Assembly: GCA_013265495.1 (NCBI GenBank)
Contig: MU058059.1
Location: 2,643,502 to 2,707,501, forward strand
DNA length: 64,000 nt
Reading direction: 5' to 3'
Source of the DNA: Vicugna vicugna
Lineage: Eukaryota
This document shows, one piece after another, positions 11,536-24,070 of this stretch (its first letter is position 1; each line of letters opens with the position of its first letter). The notes under the pieces are model-generated. The model saw nothing but the letters and a program-made list of their open reading frames with translations. It was not told the DNA's origin and searched no databases. A program made the position numbers and the translations under genes.

Positions 11536-14491
11536 CGTTCTGGCTCTTTAGCTGAAATGAAACAGAAATAGAAAAAGATGGACACAGTGTCTACCCACTG
11601 GGCTAGAAGGAAGCTGCAGGAAACCCCTGAGCTGTACTGTCAGCAGCATTCCCGTATTTCTCACCCCAGGCGTTTGGTGACTGAAGAACATTGTGCCCTG
11701 CATGAGAGAGGAGCCCTGCAGGGCCAGGCGGGCATCTTGGAGCTGCCCCCGGAAACCAGCTGTCACTTCAGCTCAGGAAGCAGAGAGGGGACCAGGGTGA
11801 CTCGGGCTCCTTGGGAAGCCTTTGACAAACCAAGCATCATCTCAGTGGACTTGAAATAGGCCACCAGTGAGTGACCACTTCCAGGCCTGAGTAATTTTCA
11901 AGCCTTGTGGTCCACATATGGTAAATATCCAAGTGGGTTCTGCAGCCTCTGTCACCCAAATGCAGTGAATCCTTGGCTTGGAAATCCTGACAGCTGCCCC
12001 CACTTCTAGCACATATGGCATTCGGCTTGTGAGTCCACCCAAAAGCCTGTGGTTGTCACGTGTGCACTGCATCACCCTGGAGGGCCCGGCTGCCGCTTCT
12101 CGGCACCACCCCCGTCAGCTGGGCTCACCTTTACAACCGAAGTCCACAATTTACATCTGTTCCCAACCCACTGAAAAGACTAGGACTTGAAGCTCCAGCT
12201 GTGTTCTCACTTGTTAGATCTCAGAGGAGAGGGGAGGCCATGAGGCCGTGGGGCCCAGTCGCTCGCTGGTGCTGGTAGAGGCAGCCGCAGTTCAAAGGCG
12301 AGCAGTCTAGTGTCCTCAGTGGAAAAATTCCGTCCAGCGTGAGGTCTGATCTGTAGCCCGCCAGGCACAGGCTCTCAGAGTGGGCTGGCCAGCCCTCCAG
12401 TCAGCAGCAGGCGAGGCTGGCCGGCGGTCCTGATGTGGATGGATGTGATACGACGGCTCTTAGTTGTTGGTCTCTGCGGACAGAGTGTGGCGCCTGATAC
12501 TGAGAGATACTACCTTCCAGTGACGTAGGGAAATGGGATGGTAAGCCTTTCAAGTGCTTTACCCGTCCCCACTCTGGCTGGCATGGAGGCTCGAAGATGA
12601 CTTTCCTCCAGCTTCCCGCTTGCGCATGCTGACTGCCCGCTGTAAGGGTCTGCCTTGTTTTATTCCCTTCTGCTGGACAGGGAGCCGTCCACACTGAGGA
12701 TGCTTCTAGCGCTCAGCTAAAAGCTTTCCTGGCATCTGTATCTATTTCAGCATGATTTCACAGTGTTCATCTTAGTCTGAAAGGCCTTTCCTAACAGCTA
12801 TTACAGATTTCAAATGAATTTGATGAGGACATATTTTCATTTTTGACCCTGTCTCATCTCCATTTGATGCCAGACTGCTTGGTTTTCACATTAAACCTGG
12901 CAACCCCGAGCCGCTTTATAGCCAAACATGAGTAATAGGAAACTTACGGTAAGGTCTTTATAACATCGTTTGTGATTCTTACAAAATAGGCTTTGAAGGG
13001 TCATCATAAATATTTTAAATTGAACTCAGCAAAAATAAACGCATAACCCACATTTAGTGCCTGCCGTGTTCTCGGTTTTCATTTTTTCCCCTCCCTCTCA
13101 CTAGCAGATTTGCTAAATTTGGTAATTTGCAGACTGTTTCTTCTGCATTAGGGAGAAAAATAAGCCAGTGCCATATTCATTTTTCTTAAAATAACTGTTT
13201 TCTAAAGTTCCCTTTATCAGTAGAATCAACACTCAATTATTTGTGTTAATGGAGGAGAGAGAAGATTCAGATACAACAGTGGATAATCGCAAATTGTTTA
13301 CAAGGGTAAAAGTGCTGAATTCTGTGAACAAAGCTGATCCATGGGCCACTTACCCTTCTCTTACTAACTGGCGCAGAGCGGCTTTAACCCGTGCAAATCG
13401 CCATAATGACAAATACCACCGCATTGGATTCCCCTTCACGGTGGCCTGCCAGTTGTGTGTCCAGCCTGCCTAAAGCACAGACCCCCGTCACCACAGCTAG
13501 TTTATAAACAGTGAGCCAGAATCCTCTAGTACCACACGTGGAGGCTCTGCTGGACTCAGAGGAAGAAGTTAAGTAAAATATGTGGCCTTCCTGTTTGACT
13601 TTGGAATTAAATTTCTCTGTAAATATATCAACACCCTTAGCAATAGCTTCCTTAAAGAAATATTATGAGTGCATGGGGGCAAAAATGAAGACTGAAAAGG
13701 CTGAATGTCACCGACATATCAGAGAGAGGAACACAAGACAATGGGCAGAGTCCTATTCTCTCCCTCCTCTCTGGGTTCATTACTGTCTTTTCCTTCCCCC
13801 AGAAAAGTTAATTTAGAAAGTCCTGTTGCAGTGGAGGACAAGCACATGTCACAGTGGCTGCCCCCAAAGTCACACCTCCTAAAAGTTCGTGTTAACTAAG
13901 CCACATACTGCTTATCAAATTAATAAGACAAAAACGTGTTGTTTTTTCAGGGGATGAGGGAGGGTAAAAGTCATAGATTTCTTTAAAAATACTGCCCCCA
14001 GCTGAATGCATTCTCCGAATGCCTCGTGAAGTGTATTTCCAGGCAGCTTTTCCAGAGAGCAGCGAATTAGACATAGAAACAACGTTCTCAATAGCAAAGA
14101 AGGAAAAAACCTTAGCTGCCTCTGGTGTAGTCATCCTGAGAGTCTATACAATTCACAGGACTGGTAAGAACCCCCAAGGCGGGAATCCAGTGAGGGGTGT
14201 GCGTGTGCTTTGATTTAGTCTTGAGGAATCACAGAGGTTGATTATGAGTGTGTGTGTGAGTGGATTTTTTTTTTCTGCAAAGCTATATATTCATATAGGC
14301 TGAATGGTTGCTGATTCCCTGAAATATGATTTTATTTTTTAATGCTGGGTACATTTTTTTTTTCCGTAAGTCCTCGCTCCTGACACAAAAGTGTAAGTAA
14401 TTTAGAACCATGATCAAGTATGCAAGAATTCACTTTCTACCTTTATACTTTGGAATGCATTTAATGCACAAAACTGTTCAAACTAAATGAT

Positions 14492-14630
14492 GCATAGAAT
14501 TTCAAGAGCTGCAAGGAGCTTCGTAATTCATCTCTTCCTAACCTCTCATTTTATAGATGAAAAAACAGAAGCCCAGATAAGTTAAATGCTTTGGCGAGGG
14601 GAGGGTGACCCCCACAGCTGCGAATCCCAG
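14492..14630 (-). mobile_element. MIR3/MIRc SINE
   Basis: catagaatttcaagagctgcaagg...cctctcattttatagatgaaaaaacagaagcccagataagttaaatg matches the MIR core and MIR3 end. Confidence 0.7.
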
Positions 14631-15386
14631 TTTCTGCGCAGATTGCTGTAATGTAACTTTTCTGGTGACTGCTTAGCTGAGTGATGTCCGCTATGCTGAT
14701 TTCGGGCCCTGTCGCTGACAGTGCAAGAGCTGCACGATTAATCTGAGGATGTCTCTATTTTCCTAGTGCAGCCAGGTGAGCGCTACCAAAGCCAGAAGTC
14801 TCAATTGGCGACAGGTCCCAAAGGCAGGGAGAAAGCACTCAGCCCGGAAAGGCCCGGTGATGATCAATCACCATGGCAGATGCGCAGTCACAGCCATCAC
14901 CATCTCTGCTCCCTCAGACGACCCAGCAGAAAATTTGCTCTGAGCCGAGTGTTTGTTGTTGTTAAAACTTCATGTTACTGTTTTCTCTGTGCAACCAACA
15001 TTTAACGTTAGACTCAAGGAAAAAAAAAAAGAAACAGGCAGCTCTCAAAATTATGTGTAGGCAGTCTTAGGCCTGAAGCTAGTTTATTTGGGGCCCTTAA
15101 CAGTGATATTCAAAGGTTTGACTGCCTTTCTGGTTATTCTTACGAGTTTTTTTGTTTTGTTTTGTTTTTTAATTACAACAAATAAAAGTTCAGACTCATG
15201 GCCTGGGGTGGGAGGAAGGAGAAACTCATTCAAGGAGCCAAACACAGGAAGGTTTCTGGGGGATCCATTTCTGAGCCAGTCCTGGCATCCTCCCTGTAAC
15301 TGGAGGAGGTCTACCCCCTGATCACCATCAGAGAGGTCTCGGCTTCTCCTTCTTGTGAAGTGATAACTACATTTAAAGGTGGTATC

Positions 15387-15545
15387 GGGGGAGGGTGTAG
15401 CTCAGCGGTAGAGCGCGTGCATAGCATGCACGAGGTCCTGGGTTCTATCCCCAGTCCCTCCATTAAGTAAGTCAGTAAATGAACCTAATTATCTCTCCTC
15501 CTCCCAAATAAAATAAATAAATAAATAAAAGTAAAAACATAAAAA
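15387..15545 (+). mobile_element. Camelid Vic-1-type SINE
   Basis: gggggagggtgtagctcagcggtagagcgcgtgcatagcatgcacgaggtcctgggttctatccccag, aacctaattatctc body, (AAAT)n tail. Confidence 0.9.
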
Positions 15546-16504
15546 ACGAAACAACATAATCCAACTGTTAAAAAAAAAGTTGATGACCACCGACTGCCAA
15601 AACTTAGTCCAGAATGAAACAGTCCATCCGTATGTACTTCCGAGTCACGTAACTTGCTGATCCCCCTGCAGCAGAACTAAATTAGCTCTAAATTTTCTAT
15701 GGAGCAGAGCCTTCTGATGGGATATCCTGTGAAAGTTCTCCAGCCGTTGCATGGAGGGCGGAGAGAGGTTCGGGAAGTCCTCGGGCTACATGAGTGGCCA
15801 AAAGCACCTCATATTCCCAAGAAAGAATTCTCCATGAAGTTCCTTGGATAATTAACGCAAAACACACAAATCACTCATTGTAGACCAGAGTAAACTTCTC
15901 TTACTAAGAACTATTTTTTCAAGTTCCGGTGTTTACTGTCTGAGGGAGGTGGTGGTTCTCACACCCAGAATGAGCAGAAGGTCCACTGCTGTAAAGGTCT
16001 CTGCGGCAAGTGGGCCGCGCGGGGGCCGCTGCCACAGCCCGCGGGGTAATTTATGTTGCTTAGGGACCGCAGTTTTCTGATAGATTGAACTGTTAGTTTT
16101 CAGGAGGATTTAATGAAATATTGAACCAGATGCCAGAGTCTGCCACGGATGCGGGACTGTGAGAAATGAGGAAATGCTGCTTTGTAAACAGCTCGGACCT
16201 CTGTGCCGCGGAGGCAGGTTGGGGCCTTAGTGAGAGAGAATCACGGCCCAGAGGAAGCAGGACAGGCCTTGTGTCACCGTGTTCACATCTCTGTCCTGTG
16301 CTCCTTTAGAACAGGGGGCTGCACTAGCCAGGGCCCTTTTGATTACCTAGAAAAAATGGTCCAGATCTGGAGGTGGGCAATAGGGGCTGAGATTTTTCTG
16401 TCATCATTGTTATCTGTGCATCTGCGAATTAATCTTGTAATTCCGCCGGATAGGCTTTTGCTATATTCCTGTTTTCAATAATATCAGGTAACTGGCATCA
16501 AGAT

Positions 16505-16592
16505 TTAACTGACACAAAAGAGATAAACAACAGGGGCCTACTGCATAGCGCAGGGAATGATGTTCAGTATCTTATCGTCTACAATGAAAAAA
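16505..16592 (+). mobile_element. Short L1 3' UTR fragment (young artiodactyl-type L1)
   Basis: agataaacaacaggggcctactgcatagcgcagggaatgatgttcagtatctt aligns with the same L1 UTR seen at 61800-61880. Confidence 0.65.
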
Positions 16593-16933
16593 ACGGCTCT
16601 TTTACACTTTAAAATGGGAACCCTGGTTGGATACTATTATTATTAAAATTGTGTCCTATTTAAAAACAAAAAAGATTGAGCAAGAAGATTTTTGCAAAGA
16701 AAACAGCGTCTTCAGAATGAAATTCCTGCATGTCATTTTGAGAGCCTTGACCATTAGACTCTGTCCCTAACGTTTTAGGACTGTTCCTTTTTTCTGATGA
16801 CCATGGTCAAGACAAGAGGTCATTTTTAAAGAAAAAAAAACTACTCCACTCATGAGTTCAAATTCTGATTTTCTGCTCTTTAGGAAAAGCAAGTATTGTT
16901 AGATAGTTCCTCTTCTCTCTAGTCCCCCCCGCC

Positions 16934-17059
16934 TTGGGGGGAGGTAATTAGTCTAGTTTAACTAATGAGTTGCTTACGTCTAGAGGAGGCACTGGAGATT
17001 GATCCCAGGATCTCATGCATGCTAAGCCTGTGCTCCGCCATTTGAACTATACTCTCCCC
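16934..17059 (-). mobile_element. Camelid Vic-1-type SINE, antisense
   Basis: Reverse complement reads ggggagagtatagttcaaatggcggagcacaggcttagcatgcatgagatcctgggatcaatctccagtgcctcc...ctaattacctccccc. Confidence 0.85.
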
Positions 17060-20000
17060 TCCTCTTCTCTCTCATTCCAGTGTAACACACTTTTTGAGCA
17101 TTATCCTGTTTATTTGACTTAAGATTTAAAATGTGCCTCTTAACTTTAAAGAGCCTGCTTGACTCTGCATGGCCCGTCCTAACCAGGGCCTGAAGCCCTC
17201 TGCACAGGGCCGCGTGCAGTGAAAAAGGTCTGGCACAGCTCTGGGTAACACGTGAAAAGGTGCTTGCCAATTAAAGCAAACATTGTGGGTTTAAAGATGA
17301 ATAGTCAAGACCATAAGGGTTCATGTCTCTGGGGAGGTTCTCTGGTCTCGATGATTAAATGTCTGGTGTGAACTGGATTGCCTTTTTAATGAGAAACTGA
17401 AAGTCATCAGTTTTGTCCAAATACTTTGAATCAACATAGTTGGGGAACTTGCTTGTAAAATTCCACTTGGTCCTGAGCCAATCCTTAGCAGCTGATCCTA
17501 GAAAAGAGGCAGGAAGCTGAAAAAGCTGAAAGAAGGAAGATACCTCCCCTTGGCAAGTTCCCTGTAAAAACCACGGTGCCTGCTCTGTTCATATTTATTT
17601 GTACCCATTTTATAGTATAATATCGTAGTTATTTCCTGCAGATCATTCAAGGGAGTCCTAGCAGAGTAAAAATGTTACAGTTCTTCTGAAAAAGATTAAG
17701 AGCATCCTGGTTTGGAAGATGAGGCCTTGGGCCACATCCAGGGCCTGAGTCATGACCCCAGCAGAGCCACAAGGGCACCTGTGACCTTTGGCAAGTTCTG
17801 GGACCCCTCTGGGTCTCTCCTGTTTGATCAGTTTAAGAACTTCCGGCTAATCCTCAAGGTTTCTTAGCACTACTGGTGTCTGATTCTAGTAGTACCAGCT
17901 CCCATCTTTCCAACAAAGAAAGAAATCAGATAAACTCAAACTCAGGGAGCCTCTAGGACAACTCTAGCCCAATTATTTGCTTTGTCCATTTCTATGACAC
18001 TCACTCTGGTCTGGCAGATCCGTAGCCTTAAATGAACAGGGAAACCTGTTTCCTGTTATATTTTTACTTTGTGGTGGTTACAGATAAAGCTTGACATTTA
18101 TTCACTGCATCCTCCCACGTCCCTGATCTTGCCCTCAGTCACTCCCTTTAGAGTAATGAGGACTGACTTAACCCAGCCACACACGCGTCACTCCATCGGC
18201 TTGAAGGGGAAACAGGAATGAATGAATTATTGTTTTCATAATGTTTCATAGCATTTGCTGTCACAGAGCACCTGGCTTGCTCATTTCAGGTCAGTGCATG
18301 TGCTGAGTGGTAGAAAGAGGTCAGGTCAGAAAAGTACTGCTTCCCAGCAAAGGTCCATTTACAAAAGCAAAGAAGTGTGGCTTTGGAAGTAAACCTGAAG
18401 ATCAAAGCAAAGACAGATGGGTTGGGGGGTTTCACCACATAAGAATCAGTAATACATTATGGTTAATTTGATGAAAGAAGTTATCCACCTAATGGTAAGA
18501 AGTGTAATGCTAATGGAGTGTGGAGAAGTATTTAGCTCAGGAATAGTCAAGCAGTAAGAAGAGGGGGCAAAAAAGGGCCTACGGGGAAAATGCAATTTGC
18601 CGTCTCTTATTAAAATAAAGAATGAATTGCTGCTCGAGTAAGAATGAGAATATCTTCTTATGAAAAATATCTTTGTCTGATGATTGCCTGTTACTGTTTG
18701 AATCATAACTTCCACTGCAGCTTTCATTCAGAAGCAGCCATTTAAACTCACATACTTCCTGAATGTGCCCAGGGTGTGAAAGCTTTAATTAAATCTACAA
18801 GTAGAGCCTTAAAAGAACAAGAAGCAAATTAATTGCAACATGGCCCATGCATTTGTTTCTCTGACAGTCCCTGTGCTCGGGAGGAAAGGCAATCTGTGTG
18901 CCCTTCTCTGAATTAGTAAACTCAATATCACTTTCCATTAGCATGGCCAGTCCGCACCATGCATCTTTCCTCTGACACTGTTTACACGTTAATGCCGTTA
19001 CAGACCTAGTCTGTTCCAACTGGTTTCCCATCAGATTCCCGAGCAGTAAATTCGTGGGATAAAATAAGCGGCCTTCTGCTCTCTGCAGAGCTGGCTTCGT
19101 GAGGTCTTCTCTCAACTGCAGTTCGTAATTAGACTGCGGCGTAATTGAGGAAAATTCAGCACATGCAAATAGGGCGAAAGGACTTGCTGCTAATTCTGGT
19201 AGTTATACCGCCATCCATAAAAATTAATTTACAAGATTATTATTTGACTTTTTCAGTAACCTGCAAAAGTCCAAAATGAGGACGTGGTGTTTTGTGCTTA
19301 GGAAAGACTTCTACCACCGGAGTTAATAAACGTTCACCCAAGGAGGAAATTAGAGATAAAATCGATATTTTGAAATTTTATCTGGGAAAAAAAAAGGGTC
19401 CCAAAATTCCTATGCTTCAAAAGCTTGAACGTAGACTTACTTTGCTTTTTTGGGGGGTTTGTTTCTAGAAGGTGCCAATCTTACAGTGTAATTTATAGCA
19501 ATCTGTAAATACCCACTTCCCCTACCAACTTTCAGCACTTGCAACTGGGAGCTCCGTCAGACAGTATATAATTTTCCTGTTTTAAGATCTTCACCTATTA
19601 ATACTCAGGCCAAGCGTTTCAAGCCAGTAACCCGTGACTGGTTTCACTCAGCCTCTAGGAAGGAAAGCGCCTGGGGCAAGGTGGCTGGGCTTAGCCCGCG
19701 AGTCAGACAGGCCTCTTCAAGGTGATTTTGTGGGTTGCATATAGTTTAGATTGAGAACGGCGAAGATTTCTGCTTTGAAACATTCCCTGTCTTAGGATGA
19801 GGACTGTTTCTCGGGCGGAGATGACGTTTTCTCGCTGGGAAGCAGATGTATTGGGGAGCTGTCCGCCCCTCCCTGCTACGTGGTTTCTTACTTGTTCTCC
19901 TTTCTGTGAGGGTGAAGATGAAAGCCCCCAGCGTGCATTCTTCTGACTGGAAAGGGGCAAAGGCAGCATTTTTAGGAGTAAGGGCTTTGCATATTAATTA

Positions 20001-20224
20001 AGAGACGCAATATTCACAGCGTATTAAAAATTCAAGATTTAGTCCATCCAGGGTCAAATTGGGAAATTTAAAAATTTATGGGCTTACATTGTGCATAGTT
20101 TCCTGAGGGCAAGTCCATCCAGTATTTTGAGCTCTTCATGAACGGCTTGTTGTGTGGCAGTGTAGTTGGGAGGAAGAGTACAGTCAGACGGCATCCAGAA
20201 GTTGTTTTTGGAAACAGGCTAACA

Positions 20225-20380
20225 ATGGAGCCTGTGTAATCTCTGTCCATTGCAATCTCTAAAAATAGGCCGGGTAACTATCCATCTTCAGAGATTTCAG
20301 AGCGATGTGCCTGAAGGCAGGCAGGGAGTTGGACCTGGTGACTTATGAAGTCTCTTCCACTTTCATAATTCCCATAATTC
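20225..20380 (+). mobile_element. L3/CR1 LINE 3' end
   Basis: cctgaaggcaggcagggagttggacctggtgacttatgaagtctcttccactttcataattcccataatt resembles the CR1/L3 3' terminus. Confidence 0.55.
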
Positions 20381-21489
20381 CTTGCACAGATATAAATACA
20401 GATAACGTGGTTTTCTTTATTCCAGTTTTCATTGTGTGGGAAAAAAAGATCTAGAATTCAGCACTGCCATTAGAGAACGTTGCTGCCGATTATTCAGCTT
20501 AACTCCAAAGAGCTGTCTCCATTAATAAAGGGAACCGGAGTAAAGGTCGTCGCCAACAGGATGGTAATTTGTGATGTCTTTGAAGCGTCCAGGTGACCAT
20601 TGTGGGAAGGGCTGAGAGAAAGGTCACACCAAGTTTAGCCCCAGACATACCCAGTTGTTACTCAAAAAGGATTTTGCTCTGATTAACCAAACACCAAAGG
20701 CCAGTCAGGGAAAAAAAGACCAAGGCCAGGAACCTTCTGAAAGGGAGTCAATTTTTGTAATAAATAAAGGCCGCTACCATGTCTCAGGACTCAACCCCAT
20801 GCAGAATCGATGAGTAAGGTCCTGCTTGTGCATCTTGGGAGAGTGGAATTGTATCGTGGAACCTCTCCGTGGGCTACTTCTCCTGACAGTCAGGTGCATC
20901 AGACAAACAGAGGACTTCTGAGAGGACGTGGACCTGCACCAGGTTCTCCCAGGTTAACAGTCTAGAGCCCATTCCTTCCATCAGTGCTGGCAGCACAGCC
21001 AAGATCGTTCTCTGTTGTCGGGCAGCCTCAGAGCCGTTCAGCCTTCTGGTACCCCTTAAAAAAGAAAAGCTGCACAGCAAAGGGGGCTTGTTCTTCTAAA
21101 TGTTTTGGTTCAGTTTTAGGACGGAGATGAGAAGTGTTCGTTGGGGGCTCTAATTACCCTGGGTTTCCTTCTGAGCTGCCTTTGGTATTTTCAGTTCTGA
21201 CTCTGATTGACTTGCTTTTCCTGTACCGTGGTTACATCACTGAAGGAACCCCCAGACTGCGCACCGTAAGGCAGAATTGCACAGGAGTGGGAATCTAAGA
21301 CTATTGAAGAATCTCGCTTACCTCATTGATTTTAAAGAAGTCTCACCTCCAAGGCAGGGCCAAGACTCTAAGGTGCTGTTTTAGCTACACTTCAGTGCAT
21401 TTTAAATTAAAGTGACCTATTATGATTGTCACACCAGTTGTAATACCCCTTTTTCTTGAACTTCCTTGAACTTTATAGCTAAACCTACT

Positions 21490-21628
21490 TTCAAATCAGA
21501 ATCATCTAAGGGACTTTTTAGATACACAGACATCTAGTCCCCACCCTGCATTGCTCCACAGAGGGAATAACCAGAGAGCTGTCTCTTTAAAAAACACACA
21601 GGCGATCCTGTTTGCGAACGACTCTGCT
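21490..21628. mobile_element. MER5-like (hAT-Charlie) remnant
   Basis: atcagaatcatctaagggacttttta...ccccaccc...tttaaaaaacacacaggcgatcctg resembles MER5A/B; heavily diverged. Confidence 0.4.
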
Positions 21629-22504
21629 CAAAATGGTATGTTCCAGCTGTAAAATAACTGGTGAAGTGATAGCTTTGATAGTTTTCCTATCTTTGGAAAG
21701 CTAACACACGTTCATTATTAAATATTCAATCATAGCAGAAAAGTGCCGAGAGAGAAGGAAAATCATCTAATATCTTTGCCTGCCCTCAGCTCTGTGGTCC
21801 TTCCGGTGGCCATCTTTTCCCAGGCTGCGCCGTGTGTGTGCACACGGGTATGCACGAGACCGATGTGCCCGTGTGGTTCTGTAGCACCACACAGCAGACG
21901 TCTTGTCCCACCAAGAATTATATTTAACAGTTCAACACCAGTCATGGTCTCCAAACATCCTGCTTTACCAGGCAGTTGGCTTTGATGGCCACGCAGTCCC
22001 GACGATTGGATAAATTTACATTTCGTTCCCAAAATTTGTTTTTATCATAGTTGAAGCGACCCCTGTAGCTCCCTGAAAACACTTGGAAAAAGCTCCTCAT
22101 GTGGACCTGAACTCTCTTTGTTCTAAATGCAAGTCAGCAGCTTTCTTATTTCTGAAACCCAAACAAAATCAGCCGTGGCTTCTACATGGTTATTAGTGTT
22201 CAAAGCATTCTAAAAGTGAATAGTTTTTCTTCTTGATTTAGAAAGAAAGCCCTCAACAATTTCTTTAAATATGACTAAATTCTGCTGTGGGTCAAATGCA
22301 AACTTTTAATATTATTTCTAAAAGATGTGACTTGGTGGCTTTCTTATCAAGTCCCCATTGTCATCCTTAATATAATCTTGAGACAGGAAAAGAGGGAGGG
22401 AAATTGATAAGCTGTGATTCCTGAAAGACAGCAGCTGAGCCATCTGTCCTAGGACAGAACTGTCCCGTTTGCTCTGTTCTTCCATGCTAGTTGATCGTTC
22501 TTAA

Positions 22505-22805
22505 TTTTTTTTTTTTGTTGAGGTACAGATGCTTTACCGTGTTGTGTTAGTTTTGGGTGTACAGCAAAGTGATTCAGTTGTGCATATGTGTAGACATTTC
22601 TTTTCATATTCTTTTTCTTTATAGGCTGTTACAAAGTATTGAATGTAGTTCCCTGTGCTGTACAGCAGGACCTTGTTGTTCATCTATTTTATATGTGGCA
22701 GTTAGTGTCTCTGAATCCTGAACTCCCAATTTAGCCCTCTCCCCTTCCCACCCCCTCCCCAGATAACCACGAGTGTCTTCTGTGTCTGTGAGTCTGTTTC
22801 TGTAA
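22505..22805 (-). mobile_element. Young L1 3' end, antisense, 5'-truncated
   Basis: Poly-T, then gtgtacagcaaagtgattcagtt...gttacaaagtattgaatgtagttccctgtgctgtacagcagg...tgtctgtgagtctgtttctg; same family as the other copies in this window. Confidence 0.88.
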
Positions 22806-23503
22806 TGAAGGTTTCTGGGCTGCTTTGCGCTTCCTTCTCTGTCCCCTTGCCCCCCTGGATCCCTTGAAACCTCCCCAGGGCCCCTTCGTCCAGTCACAGG
22901 GAGGCCTGCGAGGCCCAGGTGTCCTGAGAGGAATGATAGACATGGTCCCGTCCTCACAGAGCTTAAGGTTTTGGGAGGCGACCGAAAATAAACAAATAAA
23001 CAAGGGTGTTAGGACCCACAGACACCACCTTCTGTCGTGTTTGCCTCCTCGTCCGCAGAGGTGACCTGTCCCAGGCCCTTTTGGAACTGTTTCTCTAGGT
23101 AGCTTGACCACCTGGGGCCCAGGGCCCTCATCTGAAGAGACGATTCTTGGGTGGCACAGAACAGAAAAAATAAAACGAAATACTTCAAGACTGTGTTCAT
23201 GTATAAATCGAATGATTATTAGCTGCTTTTTTGGTTTCCTCGGCCAAGGAAAGTGAGGCAGAGAATTTGAGGGGATCATACTAACAGTAAAAATATCTGA
23301 CAGTTGTAGCCAATGTATGAATATAGTGCTTTGTAAAAGTGATAATAGTAGAATTTAATCAATGTACAAGCATAAATAAAGGAGAAAAAAAAAAGTATCT
23401 CCCCAAGCTGCTCCCTGGCCTCTCCATACCCAGTCCTTTCCCCAGAGAGGAAATCTGACTCCTAAATCTGAAAAAAAAATAGTAACTTATAAAAAGAAAA
23501 ATC

Positions 23504-23647
23504 GAGGAAGGGTCTAGGTCAGCGGCAGAGGATGTGCCTAGCACACACGAGGTCCTGGGTTCTGTCCCCAGTACCTCCATTAAAATGATAAATCAATAAA
23601 AACCTGATTACCTCCCCCCCAAAAGGAAAAAGAGAAAAGAAAAAGAA
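23504..23647 (+). mobile_element. Camelid Vic-1-type SINE (more diverged)
   Basis: gaggaagggtctaggtcagcggcagaggatgtgcctagcacacacgaggtcctgggttctgtccccagtacctccattaaa...acctgattacctccccccc plus A-rich tail. Confidence 0.85.
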
Positions 23648-24070
23648 CTCAGAGCTGCTAAGAGTTTGATGTTTATTCTAGTCCTTCTATGAACTTAGCC
23701 ACGTATTTATACAAAAATATAAAATATTTTGTGTTTTGTGTGTTTTTATCTATTGACTCATTCCATACTCACAGTCTGTGACTTTTTATTTAGCTTGATA
23801 CGTCTTAGGGCTCTCTCCTGTCAACCAGGGCATGTTGATCTACATTATCCTCTTAACGCTGAGTGTTTTCACATTCCTTTATTGATGGAAATGCAAATGA
23901 TTTCCAGGCCTTTTTTTTTGCTTCGTTTTTCTTTCACAGCAAGAGCGGCCCTGCCCACCCTCATGGGGGCTCAAAGCCTCTCTGACCTCTCCTTCCACAT
24001 CAATGGCGTTCGTCCACCTCCACAGCAACGTGGGCCAAAGTATACACCGTGGTCTCTTAGAATCCCTAGA

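Noticed and set aside
22731..23279. 182-aa minus-strand ORF
   Set aside because: Its end overlaps an L1 3' UTR; no protein family resemblance.
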